Shown here: piece after piece, positions 9,450 to 19,982 of the stretch
How positions within the stretch are numbered: the first letter of the stretch is position 1
How the letters are laid out: each line of letters starts with the position of its first letter
Source: a bacterium
Lineage (GTDB): Bacteria; Zhuqueibacterota; Zhuqueibacteria; Residuimicrobiales; Krinioviventaceae
DNA: 64,000 nt
Assembly: GCA_963693055.1 (NCBI GenBank)
Contig: OY843751.1
Span: 2,272,001-2,336,000, forward strand
Direction of reading: 5' to 3'
The notes under the pieces: model-generated
Told to the model about the DNA's origin: nothing
The model's database searches: none
What the model saw: the letters and a program-made list of their open reading frames with translations, nothing else
Position numbers and translations under genes: made by a program

Positions 9450-11995
9450 TACAATTATTTTTGTCTGTTGTTTGTGTCAATGTTGCATTGTCAGCAAAAA
9501 CACAATTAAATGTTGTACCCTGTCCACAAGTGGTTGAATTTCAAACCGGCAGTTGTAGATTGAGTGGAACACCGGTAACGATTAAATTGGGAACGAAAAA
9601 TAGTTTAGAGCTAGTGTTTGAAGCTGAACAAGCGTTACAATTATTTCCCATACACCATACTACCGACAAAAAAGAATTAACCCTTTGGCTGGGATTGTTT
9701 GGAGAACACAAGCAATTTAATGAGATTTGCAAGAAATATGGTATTTCACGAGATGAACGTATTGGCAGTGAAGGATACATTCTACTCTTACAAAAGGATT
9801 TAATTGTCATTGCAGCAAATTCCTCAGCAGGAATTTTTTATGGTGTCCAGACCCTTAAACAGATATTGATGGATACAAAAAAGGATAATGAACTGCCTTG
9901 TGTCAAAATTATTGATTGGCCGCAGTATCGTTTTCGTGGAATGATGGATGATATAAGCCGCGGTCCTGTGCCAACGCTGGCATTCATGAAAAATCAGATC
10001 CGGCGTTGTGCAGAAATGAAAATTAACATGCTCATGTATTATATCGAACATGTTGTAGAGACTAAAAGCCATGGCGATTTTGCCCCGGACGAAGCATCTA
10101 TCACTATACCGCAATGGAAAATGTTGTCTGATTACGCGAAAAAATATCATATTGATCTTGTTGGCAGTTTCCAATCCCTTAGTCATGGTGAAAATATCCT
10201 CAAACACCCCAATTACAAGCATCTGGCAGTTACTTTTCGTATGTTTAATCCCTTACTGCCCGAGACCTATGATTTTTTTAAAAACGTCTATTCCGAGATG
10301 ATTCCGGCATTTAACTCTGATTTTTTTGCCATCAATTGTGATGAATCATGGGACATTGGTGTAGGCGTAACCAAAGAAACTGTGGACAGGATTGGTCTTG
10401 AGCAATTTTTTGTTGATCATGTGATTAAGCTGGACAATATTGTAAAGCCCTTTAATAAACGGTCTATAGTATGGGCGGATATTCCGCTAGAACATCCCCA
10501 GATTTTGGACATGCTTCCTAAGGATATTATTCTTGGCGCCTGGGAGTATTCACCCCTTGAATCTTATGAATCTTATTTAAAACCCTTGTACGATAAAGGA
10601 TTTGATATTATAGTAACTCCCGGAGTTTTAAATTCTACCCGTTTAATGCCAGATCTGATCATGGCCCACGATAACATAAAATCATTTATTGAAGCAGGTG
10701 TTGATTATGATGCAATGGCCACACTTGTAACCGTCTGGGATGACGGGGGAATGGCCCTGTTTTCACGAGACTGGTATGGAGTTGCCTATTCTGCTGAAAA
10801 ATCATGGAATATTCATGGTGAAGAGAATAATCCATTTGATGTTCGATTCAATAAAACCATTTACGGCATGTCTAACACAGCATTGACGGATGCCATTAAA
10901 ATTATTGAAAAGCTTGTATATCTTCCACCCACCCAGGAACTGAACGAGAATGTGTTGTGGCAAAAAATCGTTCCAGATTCGGGACATACATTGTTTTTAC
11001 GTACTGATTACTGGGACGAGATTTCCTATATCTGTGATCAAACAGACCAGGCGCTCGAGTTGGCTGATGCCAATCGTTTTGCTGTTGATCTGGATTATTT
11101 TGATTTCTCAATCGATCAGTATCGTTATCTGGCACAGGCTCGGGCAAGAATGCTGCAAGCGGCACGTGAATATAATAAAGCATACCAGGTTGAGGAACAG
11201 GATACCTTTCAAGCTCGGGAACACTTGCTGGTTGCCAAAGATTGTATTAACAAGAATATTGCACAACTATCAGCAATAAAAGCTGAATACCAGCGACTAT
11301 GGTTGATTGAAAACAAAGTTTGGTGGCTGGACAAGGTACTGAACAAATACCAATCTGTCTTGGATGCATATCAGGATGTGCAGACACATCTTGTTAAAGC
11401 GCTTGCAAGACTGGATGTGAACGCGTCTCTGCTTCCGCCGGCAGATTGCCGTTTGGACATTGTAGAATCCAATGGCGATTATTTCCAAGAGTGGATGATT
11501 AGCGGTCCCTTTGCTAACGAAAATGGTGCAAAAGGTACGGATTTTGATTTTTTGACTGAAACTGGTGGAATTAAAAGTACAAAACCTATTGCAGGCCAAA
11601 CTTTTCCTGCTCCTGACGGGCAGCCTTATCGGTGGAGTAAATACCATTCTCCCGAGTTTGGAGTGATTGATGTTACCCAAAAAATTGGCTATGCTGAAAA
11701 TGCTGTGGCCTATGCAAATTGTCGCATTTATGCCGATGCTGACCAAACGGTAACAGCATCTTTTGCCTCTGATGATGGAGTGGATGTTTTTTTGAATGGA
11801 GAAAATATTTATTCAAAGCGAGGTGAACGAAAATTTACGCCTGATCAGGATAGTGTTAAATTACATTTGAATAAAGGCACCAATTATGTAATTCTAAAAT
11901 TGTTTCAGGGTACTGATGATTGGAGATTTTCGTTTCAACTTTTGAACGAGAATGTTAAACATCATAAATACAAATATACATTGCTCAATAATTAG
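9431..11995 (+). CDS. Secreted GH20-like hexosaminidase with C-terminal PA14/galactose-binding-like module
   Basis: GH20b domain 'EGYIL..AGIFYGVQTLKQ', 'IIDWPQYRFRGMMDDISRG', catalytic 'CDE' pair; C-terminal 'SDDGVDVFLNG..LNKGTNYVILK'. Confidence 0.8.
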   Translation: MSRFILIQLFLSVVCVNVALSAKTQLNVVPCPQVVEFQTGSCRLSGTPVTIKLGTKNSLELVFEAEQALQLFPIHHTTDKKELTLWLGLFGEHKQFNEICKKYGISRDERIGSEGYILLLQKDLIVIAANSSAGIFYGVQTLKQILMDTKKDNELPCVKIIDWPQYRFRGMMDDISRGPVPTLAFMKNQIRRCAEMKINMLMYYIEHVVETKSHGDFAPDEASITIPQWKMLSDYAKKYHIDLVGSFQSLSHGENILKHPNYKHLAVTFRMFNPLLPETYDFFKNVYSEMIPAFNSDFFAINCDESWDIGVGVTKETVDRIGLEQFFVDHVIKLDNIVKPFNKRSIVWADIPLEHPQILDMLPKDIILGAWEYSPLESYESYLKPLYDKGFDIIVTPGVLNSTRLMPDLIMAHDNIKSFIEAGVDYDAMATLVTVWDDGGMALFSRDWYGVAYSAEKSWNIHGEENNPFDVRFNKTIYGMSNTALTDAIKIIEKLVYLPPTQELNENVLWQKIVPDSGHTLFLRTDYWDEISYICDQTDQALELADANRFAVDLDYFDFSIDQYRYLAQARARMLQAAREYNKAYQVEEQDTFQAREHLLVAKDCINKNIAQLSAIKAEYQRLWLIENKVWWLDKVLNKYQSVLDAYQDVQTHLVKALARLDVNASLLPPADCRLDIVESNGDYFQEWMISGPFANENGAKGTDFDFLTETGGIKSTKPIAGQTFPAPDGQPYRWSKYHSPEFGVIDVTQKIGYAENAVAYANCRIYADADQTVTASFASDDGVDVFLNGENIYSKRGERKFTPDQDSVKLHLNKGTNYVILKLFQGTDDWRFSFQLLNENVKHHKYKYTLLNN

Positions 11996-12005
11996 GAGAG
12001 AGATT

Positions 12006-13250
12006 ATGAAGACTATAAACCGTGTTACAGCATTGCTATTATTTGTTTTAGTTATTACTGCTTTTGCCGAAAAGGGTGATGGTGAGAAAAAACAGGAAAT
12101 TATTTCTGCTATTCATGATGGTGCAAATTATGCCTGTGATGTATTACTTGATGAATCTGGTAAATCACGTTGTGATTATAATTTATTACAGGGCAAATGG
12201 TTTGTTTATGAGGCACCGTGGCATACAGGACAAATTATATACGGTTTATTACGGGCGCATGATGTAACCGGGACCCAAAAGTATTTAAATAATGCTAAAC
12301 GTGCTGGTGACTGGTGGGTAGGCTTGGAAATTAAAGACCATCCTGTATTGAAAGGAATGGTTAATTCCATACATGGTGATTATATTGAAGATCAAATAGT
12401 CTTTGCAACTACATCCGATGGAACAGCAGGCCTGTTTTATTTATATGATAAAACAGGTGATGAAAAGTATGCCAGGGTACCTACTCAGGCGGGCCAATGG
12501 ATGCTTGAGCACATGTATGTCCCTTCTCATGGTGTTTTTTATGATGTTGTTGATGCCAAGACAGGCCAGGTTCTTAAGGAGAACAGTCCGTTTTGGGAGG
12601 GAAAAGAAGATCAAAAGTTGTATGATGTTTCTCGTCCCAATAATGAGGGGTCTCTTTTTAAAGATATGTATGAATATTCTAAAGACGAGAAATATAATAA
12701 AGTATTTATTGAGCTGTGCGAGAGCCTGGTAGAAAAGCAGGGCCCGGAAGGATTATGGATGGATTTTATGCCGAATGATAAAGAATCCGGTTCTTTTCAT
12801 CCTCGTTTTAATCTCTGGTATGCGGAATCACTGCTTGAAGGTTATGAATTGACTGGTGATAAACGATATCTGGAAGCCGCTTTAAAGACAGGCAGGCTTT
12901 ACTCAAAATTTCAACAACCTGATGGAACAATTTATTATAAAAATTACCTCAGTGGCAAATCAAATCGTAATTCCATTTCAGGCTCAACAGTTGCTTTTGC
13001 GGGGATTGTATGGCTGCGTTTATTAGAGTACGGTGTTGGTGAAGAGTTTAAAGAAAATATAGAAAAATCTTTAGAATGGACTCTGAAAAATCGTTTTTCC
13101 ACTGATCATCCGGATAAAAATCTGGCAGGTAGTTTTTTTGAAATTCGTACACGTCGTAAAGATGGATTGTGGATTACTTTGCGTGATATTGCAACAAGCT
13201 TTTCGCTTCGTTTTTTAGCAGATTATTATGATTACTATTATGCAAAATAG
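12006..13250 (+). CDS. Secreted (alpha/alpha)6-barrel glycosidase/epimerase-like protein (AGE/GH76/GH88-like)
   Basis: Signal peptide; helical repeats 'AHDVTGTQKYLNNA', 'LYDKTGDEKY', 'GYELTGDKRYLEAA'; ATG at 12006 follows AGGAG. Confidence 0.65.
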   Translation: MKTINRVTALLLFVLVITAFAEKGDGEKKQEIISAIHDGANYACDVLLDESGKSRCDYNLLQGKWFVYEAPWHTGQIIYGLLRAHDVTGTQKYLNNAKRAGDWWVGLEIKDHPVLKGMVNSIHGDYIEDQIVFATTSDGTAGLFYLYDKTGDEKYARVPTQAGQWMLEHMYVPSHGVFYDVVDAKTGQVLKENSPFWEGKEDQKLYDVSRPNNEGSLFKDMYEYSKDEKYNKVFIELCESLVEKQGPEGLWMDFMPNDKESGSFHPRFNLWYAESLLEGYELTGDKRYLEAALKTGRLYSKFQQPDGTIYYKNYLSGKSNRNSISGSTVAFAGIVWLRLLEYGVGEEFKENIEKSLEWTLKNRFSTDHPDKNLAGSFFEIRTRRKDGLWITLRDIATSFSLRFLADYYDYYYAK

Positions 13251-13298
13251 ATAATGATAAAGTATTATCTGGAATTATTGATAAACAAAGTCATGTCG

Positions 13299-13330
13299 AA
13301 AATCCTCTGATTTCCATCAGGGGATTTTTT
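13299..13330 (+). terminator. Rho-independent terminator ending the sugar operon
   Basis: AAAATCCTCTGA-loop-TCAGGGGATTTTTT hairpin plus T-tract. Confidence 0.75.
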
Positions 13331-13462
13331 ATTTCATTCAAGTTTTGTCCAATTTATATTAATATTTATTATTATCCAGCTTGAATGCCGGGGGGATTAT
13401 CATTATATTCCATTAATCAAGAATTATTTTCAGTAGTATTGTAGTGAATTGAGGACAGAATT

Positions 13463-15889
13463 ATGAAATTTAAATTTCCAGTTACCATGGTGATTTTATT
13501 TTCCATTCAATTTTGTTTTGCTTCTTCTAGAATGGTTACGGAACTGAATACAGCCAGGTTTTACAAAGGTCAGGCTGAATCAGCGTTCAATTCTTATTTT
13601 GATGATTCTGACTGGCGGGTTGTCAAGCTTCCTCATGATTGGGGAATTGAAGGACCGGTAATTCCTGATGGTGATGGAAATACTGCCAAATTGCCTTGGA
13701 AAGGAGAGGCATGGTATCGCATTCCTTTGCAAATTCCTCACGACTATGAGGGAAAGCAAATATACCTTTTGTGTGACGGTATTATGGCATTTCCCCAAAT
13801 ATATGTCAATGGTATGCTGGCCGGCAAGTGGGATTACGGGTACAGTTCGTTTTATGTAGATATAACAAAGTTTTTGCAATACAATAAATCAAACAGTCTG
13901 GCAATACATGTAGATACTCGCAATCACGACAGTCGGTGGTATCCCGGAGCGGGTATCTATCGAAAAATTCAAATGATTGCTGTTGATCCTGTACATGTTG
14001 ACATATGGGGTGTGCATATTTCAACTCCAATCATCAAGCCACATTATACAGATGTTCGAATTGCTGCGACTATTAAAAATGATACAAATTCTGAAAAGAA
14101 TATTACTGTAAAACATACAATTTATGATGTAAATCAAAACATAATTGCGTCAATAGATACCGTTAAACGTATTAAAGCAAATTCCAATATCTTGTCAGAA
14201 GTAACATTGACCATAACCGATCCTGTTCGGTGGGATATTTCAAATCCTCATCTCTATAAAGTGATCACTGTAATAAGAGATGGTGAGCAGATTGTAGATA
14301 CGGTTTCCAATACTTTTGGTGTTCGGACAATGCGTTTTACTGCCGACAATGGATTCTATTTAAATGATAATCGAGTTCAGTTCAAAGGAGTGAATTTGCA
14401 TCATGGTCATGGTCCTTTAGGTACTGTGTTTAACAAACGGGCCATGCAGAGACAGCTCGAAATTATGAAAGAAATGGGATGCAATGCCATAAGAACGAGC
14501 CATAATATTCCTGCTCCCGAGTTGTTGGACCTGTGTGATGAAATGGGCCTGCTGGTCTTTGACGAGATCTTTGACAAGTATGATGACAAAGCAGATATTA
14601 TGGATACTACGAATTTTGATCATTTTGCGCATCGCAATATCCGTAATTTTGTTGTCAGGGATCGTAACCATCCTTCTATTTTCATCTGGAGTGTGGGGAA
14701 CGAGATTGGTGATGTACAAACCAATTATGATAACGGCTTTTTAAAATTGCAAACCATGCTCAGTTATGTTAAAAAATATGACAATAGCCGACCAACGACA
14801 TTGGTCTGTGATCAACTGGATAATGCCAAAACGCGTCATTTTGATTACTATGATATTCACAGTTGGAATTACGGCAGGCGTTGGAGGCTGGCCCGTCAGC
14901 TTGAATCAAACAAGGCTGTGATTATTAGTGAATCCGCATCTACCGTGAGCACACGTGGCTTTTACGAATTACCCTTGCCCGTTGATCGTACGGCATTTAC
15001 CAATTCGCTTCAAATCAGCTCGTATGATCTGTATGCTCCACGTTGGGCAGAGGTGGCAGATGATGATTTCATGTGGCAGCAAGATGAACCCTATATTGCC
15101 GGTGAGTTTGTGTGGACGGGATTTGACTATCTGGGTGAGCCTACACCGTATCGGAACGTATGGGTTAAACAGCAGGGAATGACTGATGAGGATGCTTCTC
15201 GGAGTTCTTATTTTGGAATTGTAGATTTGTGCGGAATTCCAAAAGATCGTTATTATTTGTACAAGAGTTACTGGAAACCGGATGAAACCACTATACATAT
15301 TCTTCCACATTGGAACTGGCCTGACCGCATTGGTAAAACGGTCCCTGTTTTTGTGTATACCAATGGTGATTGTGCTGAACTGTTTTTAAACGGTAAATCA
15401 TTGGGCAAACAGTATAAAAATCCAAAATCCGGGAATTCCATAGAACGGTTCCGGCTCATGTGGAACGATGTGATTTATCAACCTGGCGAATTAAAAGCAG
15501 TGGCCTATAAAGCGGGACAACCGATTGGCGAAAACACAGTTGTAACAACAGGAGAACCTTATCGTTTGCGTTTAACTCCTGATTGCAAGGTTATTCATGC
15601 GGATGGAAAAGATTTGTCATATGTTTTGATAGAAGCATTGGATAAAGATGGGATTTGTCACCCCCTGGCAAATAATCAGATCAAGATTGAGGTCAGTGGT
15701 AATGGGAAAAATGTAGGCGTTGGCAATGGTGATCCACAATGTATGAGCGAGTTCAAGAGTGATACGATTGATCTTTTTTTCGGTAAGGCCATGCTCATTG
15801 TTCAATCTGAATTGGATGCAGGCAAGATTACTGTTAAAGCATCTGCTGACGGATTAAAAGACGCTGATGTACAAATTGAAACCGAATAG
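13463..15889 (+). CDS. GH2 beta-galactosidase-like enzyme (DUF4982 type)
   Basis: 'FDDSDWRVVKLPHDW', 'SRWYPGAGIYR', 'MGCNAIRTSHN', 'RDRNHPSIFIWSVGNE', 'WTGFDYLGEPTP', 'HILPHWNW'. Confidence 0.93.
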   Translation: MKFKFPVTMVILFSIQFCFASSRMVTELNTARFYKGQAESAFNSYFDDSDWRVVKLPHDWGIEGPVIPDGDGNTAKLPWKGEAWYRIPLQIPHDYEGKQIYLLCDGIMAFPQIYVNGMLAGKWDYGYSSFYVDITKFLQYNKSNSLAIHVDTRNHDSRWYPGAGIYRKIQMIAVDPVHVDIWGVHISTPIIKPHYTDVRIAATIKNDTNSEKNITVKHTIYDVNQNIIASIDTVKRIKANSNILSEVTLTITDPVRWDISNPHLYKVITVIRDGEQIVDTVSNTFGVRTMRFTADNGFYLNDNRVQFKGVNLHHGHGPLGTVFNKRAMQRQLEIMKEMGCNAIRTSHNIPAPELLDLCDEMGLLVFDEIFDKYDDKADIMDTTNFDHFAHRNIRNFVVRDRNHPSIFIWSVGNEIGDVQTNYDNGFLKLQTMLSYVKKYDNSRPTTLVCDQLDNAKTRHFDYYDIHSWNYGRRWRLARQLESNKAVIISESASTVSTRGFYELPLPVDRTAFTNSLQISSYDLYAPRWAEVADDDFMWQQDEPYIAGEFVWTGFDYLGEPTPYRNVWVKQQGMTDEDASRSSYFGIVDLCGIPKDRYYLYKSYWKPDETTIHILPHWNWPDRIGKTVPVFVYTNGDCAELFLNGKSLGKQYKNPKSGNSIERFRLMWNDVIYQPGELKAVAYKAGQPIGENTVVTTGEPYRLRLTPDCKVIHADGKDLSYVLIEALDKDGICHPLANNQIKIEVSGNGKNVGVGNGDPQCMSEFKSDTIDLFFGKAMLIVQSELDAGKITVKASADGLKDADVQIETE

Positions 15890-16012
15890 GTGTTATATTT
15901 GAGCTGATATTTTTATTCATTTATTGAGCCATTTCTTTTGAAAATTTTATGAATTTTTGCAAATATTTTGTATTTTTAAAGCAGTCAAAAAAATATTGAA
16001 TCGAGGACATAA

Positions 16013-16714
16013 ATGAGTAAATATTTAGATTTGAAACGTCGAGTTTATGAATGTAATATGGAGCTTCCACGTCATGGCGTTGTTATCTATACCTTTGGGA
16101 ATGTAAGTGCAATTGACCGTGATGCAGGTGTTATGGCAATAAAACCCAGCGGCGTCAGTTACGACAAAATGCAGCCCGCGGACATGGTTATTGTGGACTT
16201 GGATGGCAAAATAGTAGAAGGCGATTTACGTCCTTCATCAGATACAAAAACACATCTGGTTTTGTATAACAGTTTCCCCGAGATTGGCGGTATTTCTCAT
16301 ACACATTCTACTTTTGCAGTAGCATGGGCGCAGGCAGCCAAAGGGATTCCGGTATTGGGTACTACCCATGCAGACCATCTGCACCTTGAAGTCCCGTGTA
16401 CAGATTTTATGACTCCTGAAATGATCAAAGGGGATTATGAAATTGAAACCGGTAACCAAATTTTTAAACGGTTTGCTCATCTTAATTATCGGGAAGTAGA
16501 AATGGTACTGGTCGCTGGCCACGGTCCCTTTACCTGGGGCAAAACCCCGGAAAAAGCGGTTTATAATAGTGTTGTACTCGAAGAAATGGCCAAAATGGCC
16601 TTGTTGACCTATCAAATCAATCCATCAACACCGCTATTGAATGAAGCACTGATCGAAAAACATTATACCCGTAAACATGGTCCAAATGCCTATTACGGTC
16701 AGGAAGAAAAATAA
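16013..16714 (+). CDS. araD: L-ribulose-5-phosphate 4-epimerase
   Basis: 'TFGNVS', 'IKPSGV', 'PSSDT.TH', 'HTHS', 'GTTHAD', 'HGPFTWG', 'RKHGPNAYYGQ'. Confidence 0.96.
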   Translation: MSKYLDLKRRVYECNMELPRHGVVIYTFGNVSAIDRDAGVMAIKPSGVSYDKMQPADMVIVDLDGKIVEGDLRPSSDTKTHLVLYNSFPEIGGISHTHSTFAVAWAQAAKGIPVLGTTHADHLHLEVPCTDFMTPEMIKGDYEIETGNQIFKRFAHLNYREVEMVLVAGHGPFTWGKTPEKAVYNSVVLEEMAKMALLTYQINPSTPLLNEALIEKHYTRKHGPNAYYGQEEK

Positions 16715-16738
16715 ATTTAATATACAGGAGTAGTAACA

Positions 16739-18238
16739 ATGGACCTCAAACAATTTGATATATGGTTTGTAACAGGCAGTCAGGCCTTGTACGGACCCGA
16801 AACTTTGCAGCAGGTTGCAGAACATTCGCAAGAGATCACTACTTTTTTTAATAAAGCTTTAGAGATTCCGGTTAATATTGTTTTCAAACCGGTAATGAAA
16901 TCTACTGACGAGATTACCAACCTATGTATCGATGCAAATGCAGACCGTAAATGTATTGGTGTTATTACCTGGTGCCATACTTTTTCTCCATCCAAAATGT
17001 GGATCAATGGATTGAAAATTTTGAACAAACCCATCCTGCATTTGCATACCCAGTATAATCGTGATTTGCCCTGGAACGAGATTGATATGGATTTTATGAA
17101 CCTCAATCAATCGGCCCATGGTGACAGAGAGCATGGATTTATCATGACCCGCTTGCGTATAGAGCGCAAAGTTGTTGTGGGGCATTGGCAGGAAAAAGAA
17201 GTCAGTGAAAAGATTGGAATCTGGTCACGTGCTGCTGCAGCGTGGCATGAAATGCAGAATCTCAAGGTTGCCCGTTTTGGTGATAATATGCGTCAAGTTG
17301 CGGTAACAGAAGGCGACAAGGTAGAAGCGCAAATCAAGTTGGGTGTTTCTGTAAACAGTTATGGTGTTGGTGATATTGTCAAAGTGATTAATGATTTTAC
17401 TGATGCGGAAATTGACAAGCTGGTACAGGAATATGAAGACACTTATGAAATTGCCGCTGAAGGACGCAAGGGTGGCGCGTATCATAATAATGTTCGTTAT
17501 CAGGCACGTATTGAATTGGGATTAAAGGCATTCCTTTCAGAAGGTGGATTTGGTGCATATACGGATACCTTTGAAGATCTGCATGGTTTGGAACAGTTAC
17601 CGGGATTGGCTACTCAGCGGTTAATGGATGCCGGTTATGGATTCGGTGCAGAAGGCGACTGGAAACACTCTGCACTGGTACGTGCTTTAAAGGTGATGGG
17701 CACCGGATTAAAGGGTGGAAGTTCTTTTATGGAAGATTATACTTATCATCTCGATCCATCCGGTTCCAAAGTTCTGGGTGCGCATATGCTTGAAGTTTGT
17801 CCTTCTATTGCAGTAGGAAAGCCGTCATTGGAAGTACATCCATTGGGCATTGGTGGTAAAGATGCACCGGCAAGACTGGTTTTTGGAACACCGGCAGGAC
17901 CCGCTGTGAATGTTACGCTGGTAGATATGGGGAACAGGTTTAGAATTATTACCAATCCGGTGGATTGTGTAGAACCAACACCTCTACCCAAGTTACCGGT
18001 CGCGCGTTGTCTCTGGACACCCCAACCCGATTTGAAAACCAGTGCAGCATGCTGGATTTATTCGGGTGGCGCGCATCATACCGCGTTTAGCCAGGCAATA
18101 ACCGCAGAGTATATTGAAGATTTTGCCGAAATGGCAGGTATTGAATATATATTAATCGACAAAAATACAACTGTATCCGAATTGAAAAAAGAACTTCGCT
18201 GGAACGAGATTTATTATCATATGGCAAAAGGATTATAG
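16739..18238 (+). CDS. araA: L-arabinose isomerase
   Basis: 'WFVTGSQ.LYGPE', 'HTFSPSKMW', '[11 protein letters not shown]', 'GFGAEGDWK', 'SFMEDYTY', '[12 protein letters not shown]', 'GGAHHT'. Confidence 0.97.
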   Translation: MDLKQFDIWFVTGSQALYGPETLQQVAEHSQEITTFFNKALEIPVNIVFKPVMKSTDEITNLCIDANADRKCIGVITWCHTFSPSKMWINGLKILNKPILHLHTQYNRDLPWNEIDMDFMNLNQSAHGDREHGFIMTRLRIERKVVVGHWQEKEVSEKIGIWSRAAAAWHEMQNLKVARFGDNMRQVAVTEGDKVEAQIKLGVSVNSYGVGDIVKVINDFTDAEIDKLVQEYEDTYEIAAEGRKGGAYHNNVRYQARIELGLKAFLSEGGFGAYTDTFEDLHGLEQLPGLATQRLMDAGYGFGAEGDWKHSALVRALKVMGTGLKGGSSFMEDYTYHLDPSGSKVLGAHMLEVCPSIAVGKPSLEVHPLGIGGKDAPARLVFGTPAGPAVNVTLVDMGNRFRIITNPVDCVEPTPLPKLPVARCLWTPQPDLKTSAACWIYSGGAHHTAFSQAITAEYIEDFAEMAGIEYILIDKNTTVSELKKELRWNEIYYHMAKGL

Positions 18239-18246
18239 ATCATTTT

Positions 18247-18275
18247 CAAGGGCCTGGTTATGAATCAGGCCCTTG
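18247..18275. terminator. Hairpin between convergent araA and GNAT genes
   Basis: CAAGGGCCTGG...TCAGGCCCTTG inverted repeat overlapping the GNAT stop codon. Confidence 0.6.
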
Positions 18276-19140
18276 CTGTTATGGGGTGCTTAAACGGGGT
18301 TGTCATATTGAATGAATCAGCTTTTATCATCAATTTATCACTGCATTGTATTGCCTCTGTTATATATTGAATGTCGAGCTTGTCTGGTGTGAAATGGAAT
18401 TCAACTTTATTAATTTTGGGCCCGGATATATAGTTTAAAATTTGTTCAAATTTGACGGATTGGCTTGATATAATATCATACAGATGTACAACATGTTTTT
18501 GTTTTTCAAAAACCAGAATCATATCCTCATCAGGGCAATAATGAAAATTATTGTTTAACATATTATAGGTATACCAGGAAACAATATGCTCAGCATTGTT
18601 TACACCAAATGTTAATGATAGGGGAGTCCTTTTTATGAGCAGTTGATTGGCAAGTTTGCGGTTATCTGCTTTGCTAAAATCCAGTTTCCGGATTTGTGAT
18701 TTATGCGACTCTATCGGGTCAATGTCAGCCCAAAATGAGGACTGTGGTAATTCTTTGAATCCAAAACGTTCATAGAATGTTGTCAACTCGGATTCACAAA
18801 ACAGATAGAAAAAATTGGCAAGATCAGCATAGTCATGAATAATCCGGTTTATTAAATCAGTCACCAGGCCTTTGCCCCGATGATCAGGATGTGTCATTAC
18901 CGTACCGATTTGTATTGCTTTAACCTGTGATCCTTGAATGATCAGGTCCATCAGGTTTAGCGATGCATTGGATAGTATTTTATTATCCCAATACGCATAA
19001 CAGATATATCTGTCATTCCAGTGCCTGCCCTGGAACCAATTTTCAAAATCTATATCAAAGGTCTCTACTGCCAGTCGATTAAAAGCAAGACGTTGTTTGT
19101 CATTAGACTGGTAATTTTTTATAAATTCTGGTGATTGCAT
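18265..19140 (-). CDS. GNAT family N-acetyltransferase
   Basis: 'QIGTVMTHPDHRGKGL' acetyl-CoA motif A; 'FYERFGF'. Confidence 0.88.
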   Translation of the reverse strand: MQSPEFIKNYQSNDKQRLAFNRLAVETFDIDFENWFQGRHWNDRYICYAYWDNKILSNASLNLMDLIIQGSQVKAIQIGTVMTHPDHRGKGLVTDLINRIIHDYADLANFFYLFCESELTTFYERFGFKELPQSSFWADIDPIESHKSQIRKLDFSKADNRKLANQLLIKRTPLSLTFGVNNAEHIVSWYTYNMLNNNFHYCPDEDMILVFEKQKHVVHLYDIISSQSVKFEQILNYISGPKINKVEFHFTPDKLDIQYITEAIQCSDKLMIKADSFNMTTPFKHPITARA

Positions 19141-19145
19141 TAGAA

Positions 19146-19850
19146 TTATTTAAATTGATAAATGACTTGTAAACTTGACTGATAGGCTTTGTTTTTACCA
19201 AAAATATCAAGGTAATCATATTCAAAATGGTATGCGTAACTGATATCTGGTGCATATTCGAATTGTAAACCTAATGAGAGGTTGTTAGCAATGGGGTATT
19301 GCAGGCTCAACCCGGCAGTTGCTCCAAATACAGCAGATTTTATATCATGTTCATATATATATACGTAAAAATAATCACCGCTATATTTTTGTTCCTCAGA
19401 TGAAAAAGTATCCGGAGTATATTTGTACTTTTGAAAATAATCCAGTCTTGCGCCTGCCATGAAATTTATTTTCAATTTGTTTATTTTCAATACCGTAACT
19501 TTTAAATAAACAGGAAAAGATATATAATCAAGAAGGATTTCATCTTGTGCGGTTTTTAATATTTCGGGACCTGATTCGCCCGTAACAAAAAATTCATCCT
19601 TGTAACCCTTTTGTACATAATTTGCACCAAAACCTATCGCTAACCGGGGATGAATATGAGATATTTCAACAAATATTCCGGCTGTTGAACCATTTTTCCA
19701 GATCATATCTCCTTTATAGTTTGCCAATTCATGATTTTGGTATTGATTGGAATATACCCAACCCAATGAACCACCAACATTCACCGAAGAAAAACACCGA
19801 GAGACTGAAAAAACAATCAATAGAGATACAAAAATAATATTTTTTTTCAT
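19146..19850 (-). CDS. Outer-membrane beta-barrel protein (OMP_b-brl/porin-like)
   Basis: Signal peptide, alternating amphipathic strands, 'YVQKG', 'LDYISFPV', C-terminal 'VIYQFK'. Confidence 0.7.
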   Translation of the reverse strand: MKKNIIFVSLLIVFSVSRCFSSVNVGGSLGWVYSNQYQNHELANYKGDMIWKNGSTAGIFVEISHIHPRLAIGFGANYVQKGYKDEFFVTGESGPEILKTAQDEILLDYISFPVYLKVTVLKINKLKINFMAGARLDYFQKYKYTPDTFSSEEQKYSGDYFYVYIYEHDIKSAVFGATAGLSLQYPIANNLSLGLQFEYAPDISYAYHFEYDYLDIFGKNKAYQSSLQVIYQFK

Positions 19851-19930
19851 CCCGATCCTTGTTTTGAAATATTAATTTGAATTTATTGAATTCAAGATAG
19901 TAAATTTTAATATAACCTGCCAGAAGAAAT

Positions 19931-19963
19931 ATCAAGACCGCCAAACAAGTCAGCGGCCTTGAT
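19931..19963 (-). terminator. Terminator downstream of the ABC operon
   Basis: Minus strand ATCAAGGCCGC...GCGGTCTTGAT followed by ATTTCTT. Confidence 0.6.
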
Positions 19964-19982
19964 GGGGGAGTTGTGTGTGAAT

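Noticed and set aside
13250-13269. Fur-box-like GATAATGATAAAGTATTATC
   Set aside because: One base too long, lies at a stop codon upstream of a terminator, has no iron genes nearby and the background is AT-rich
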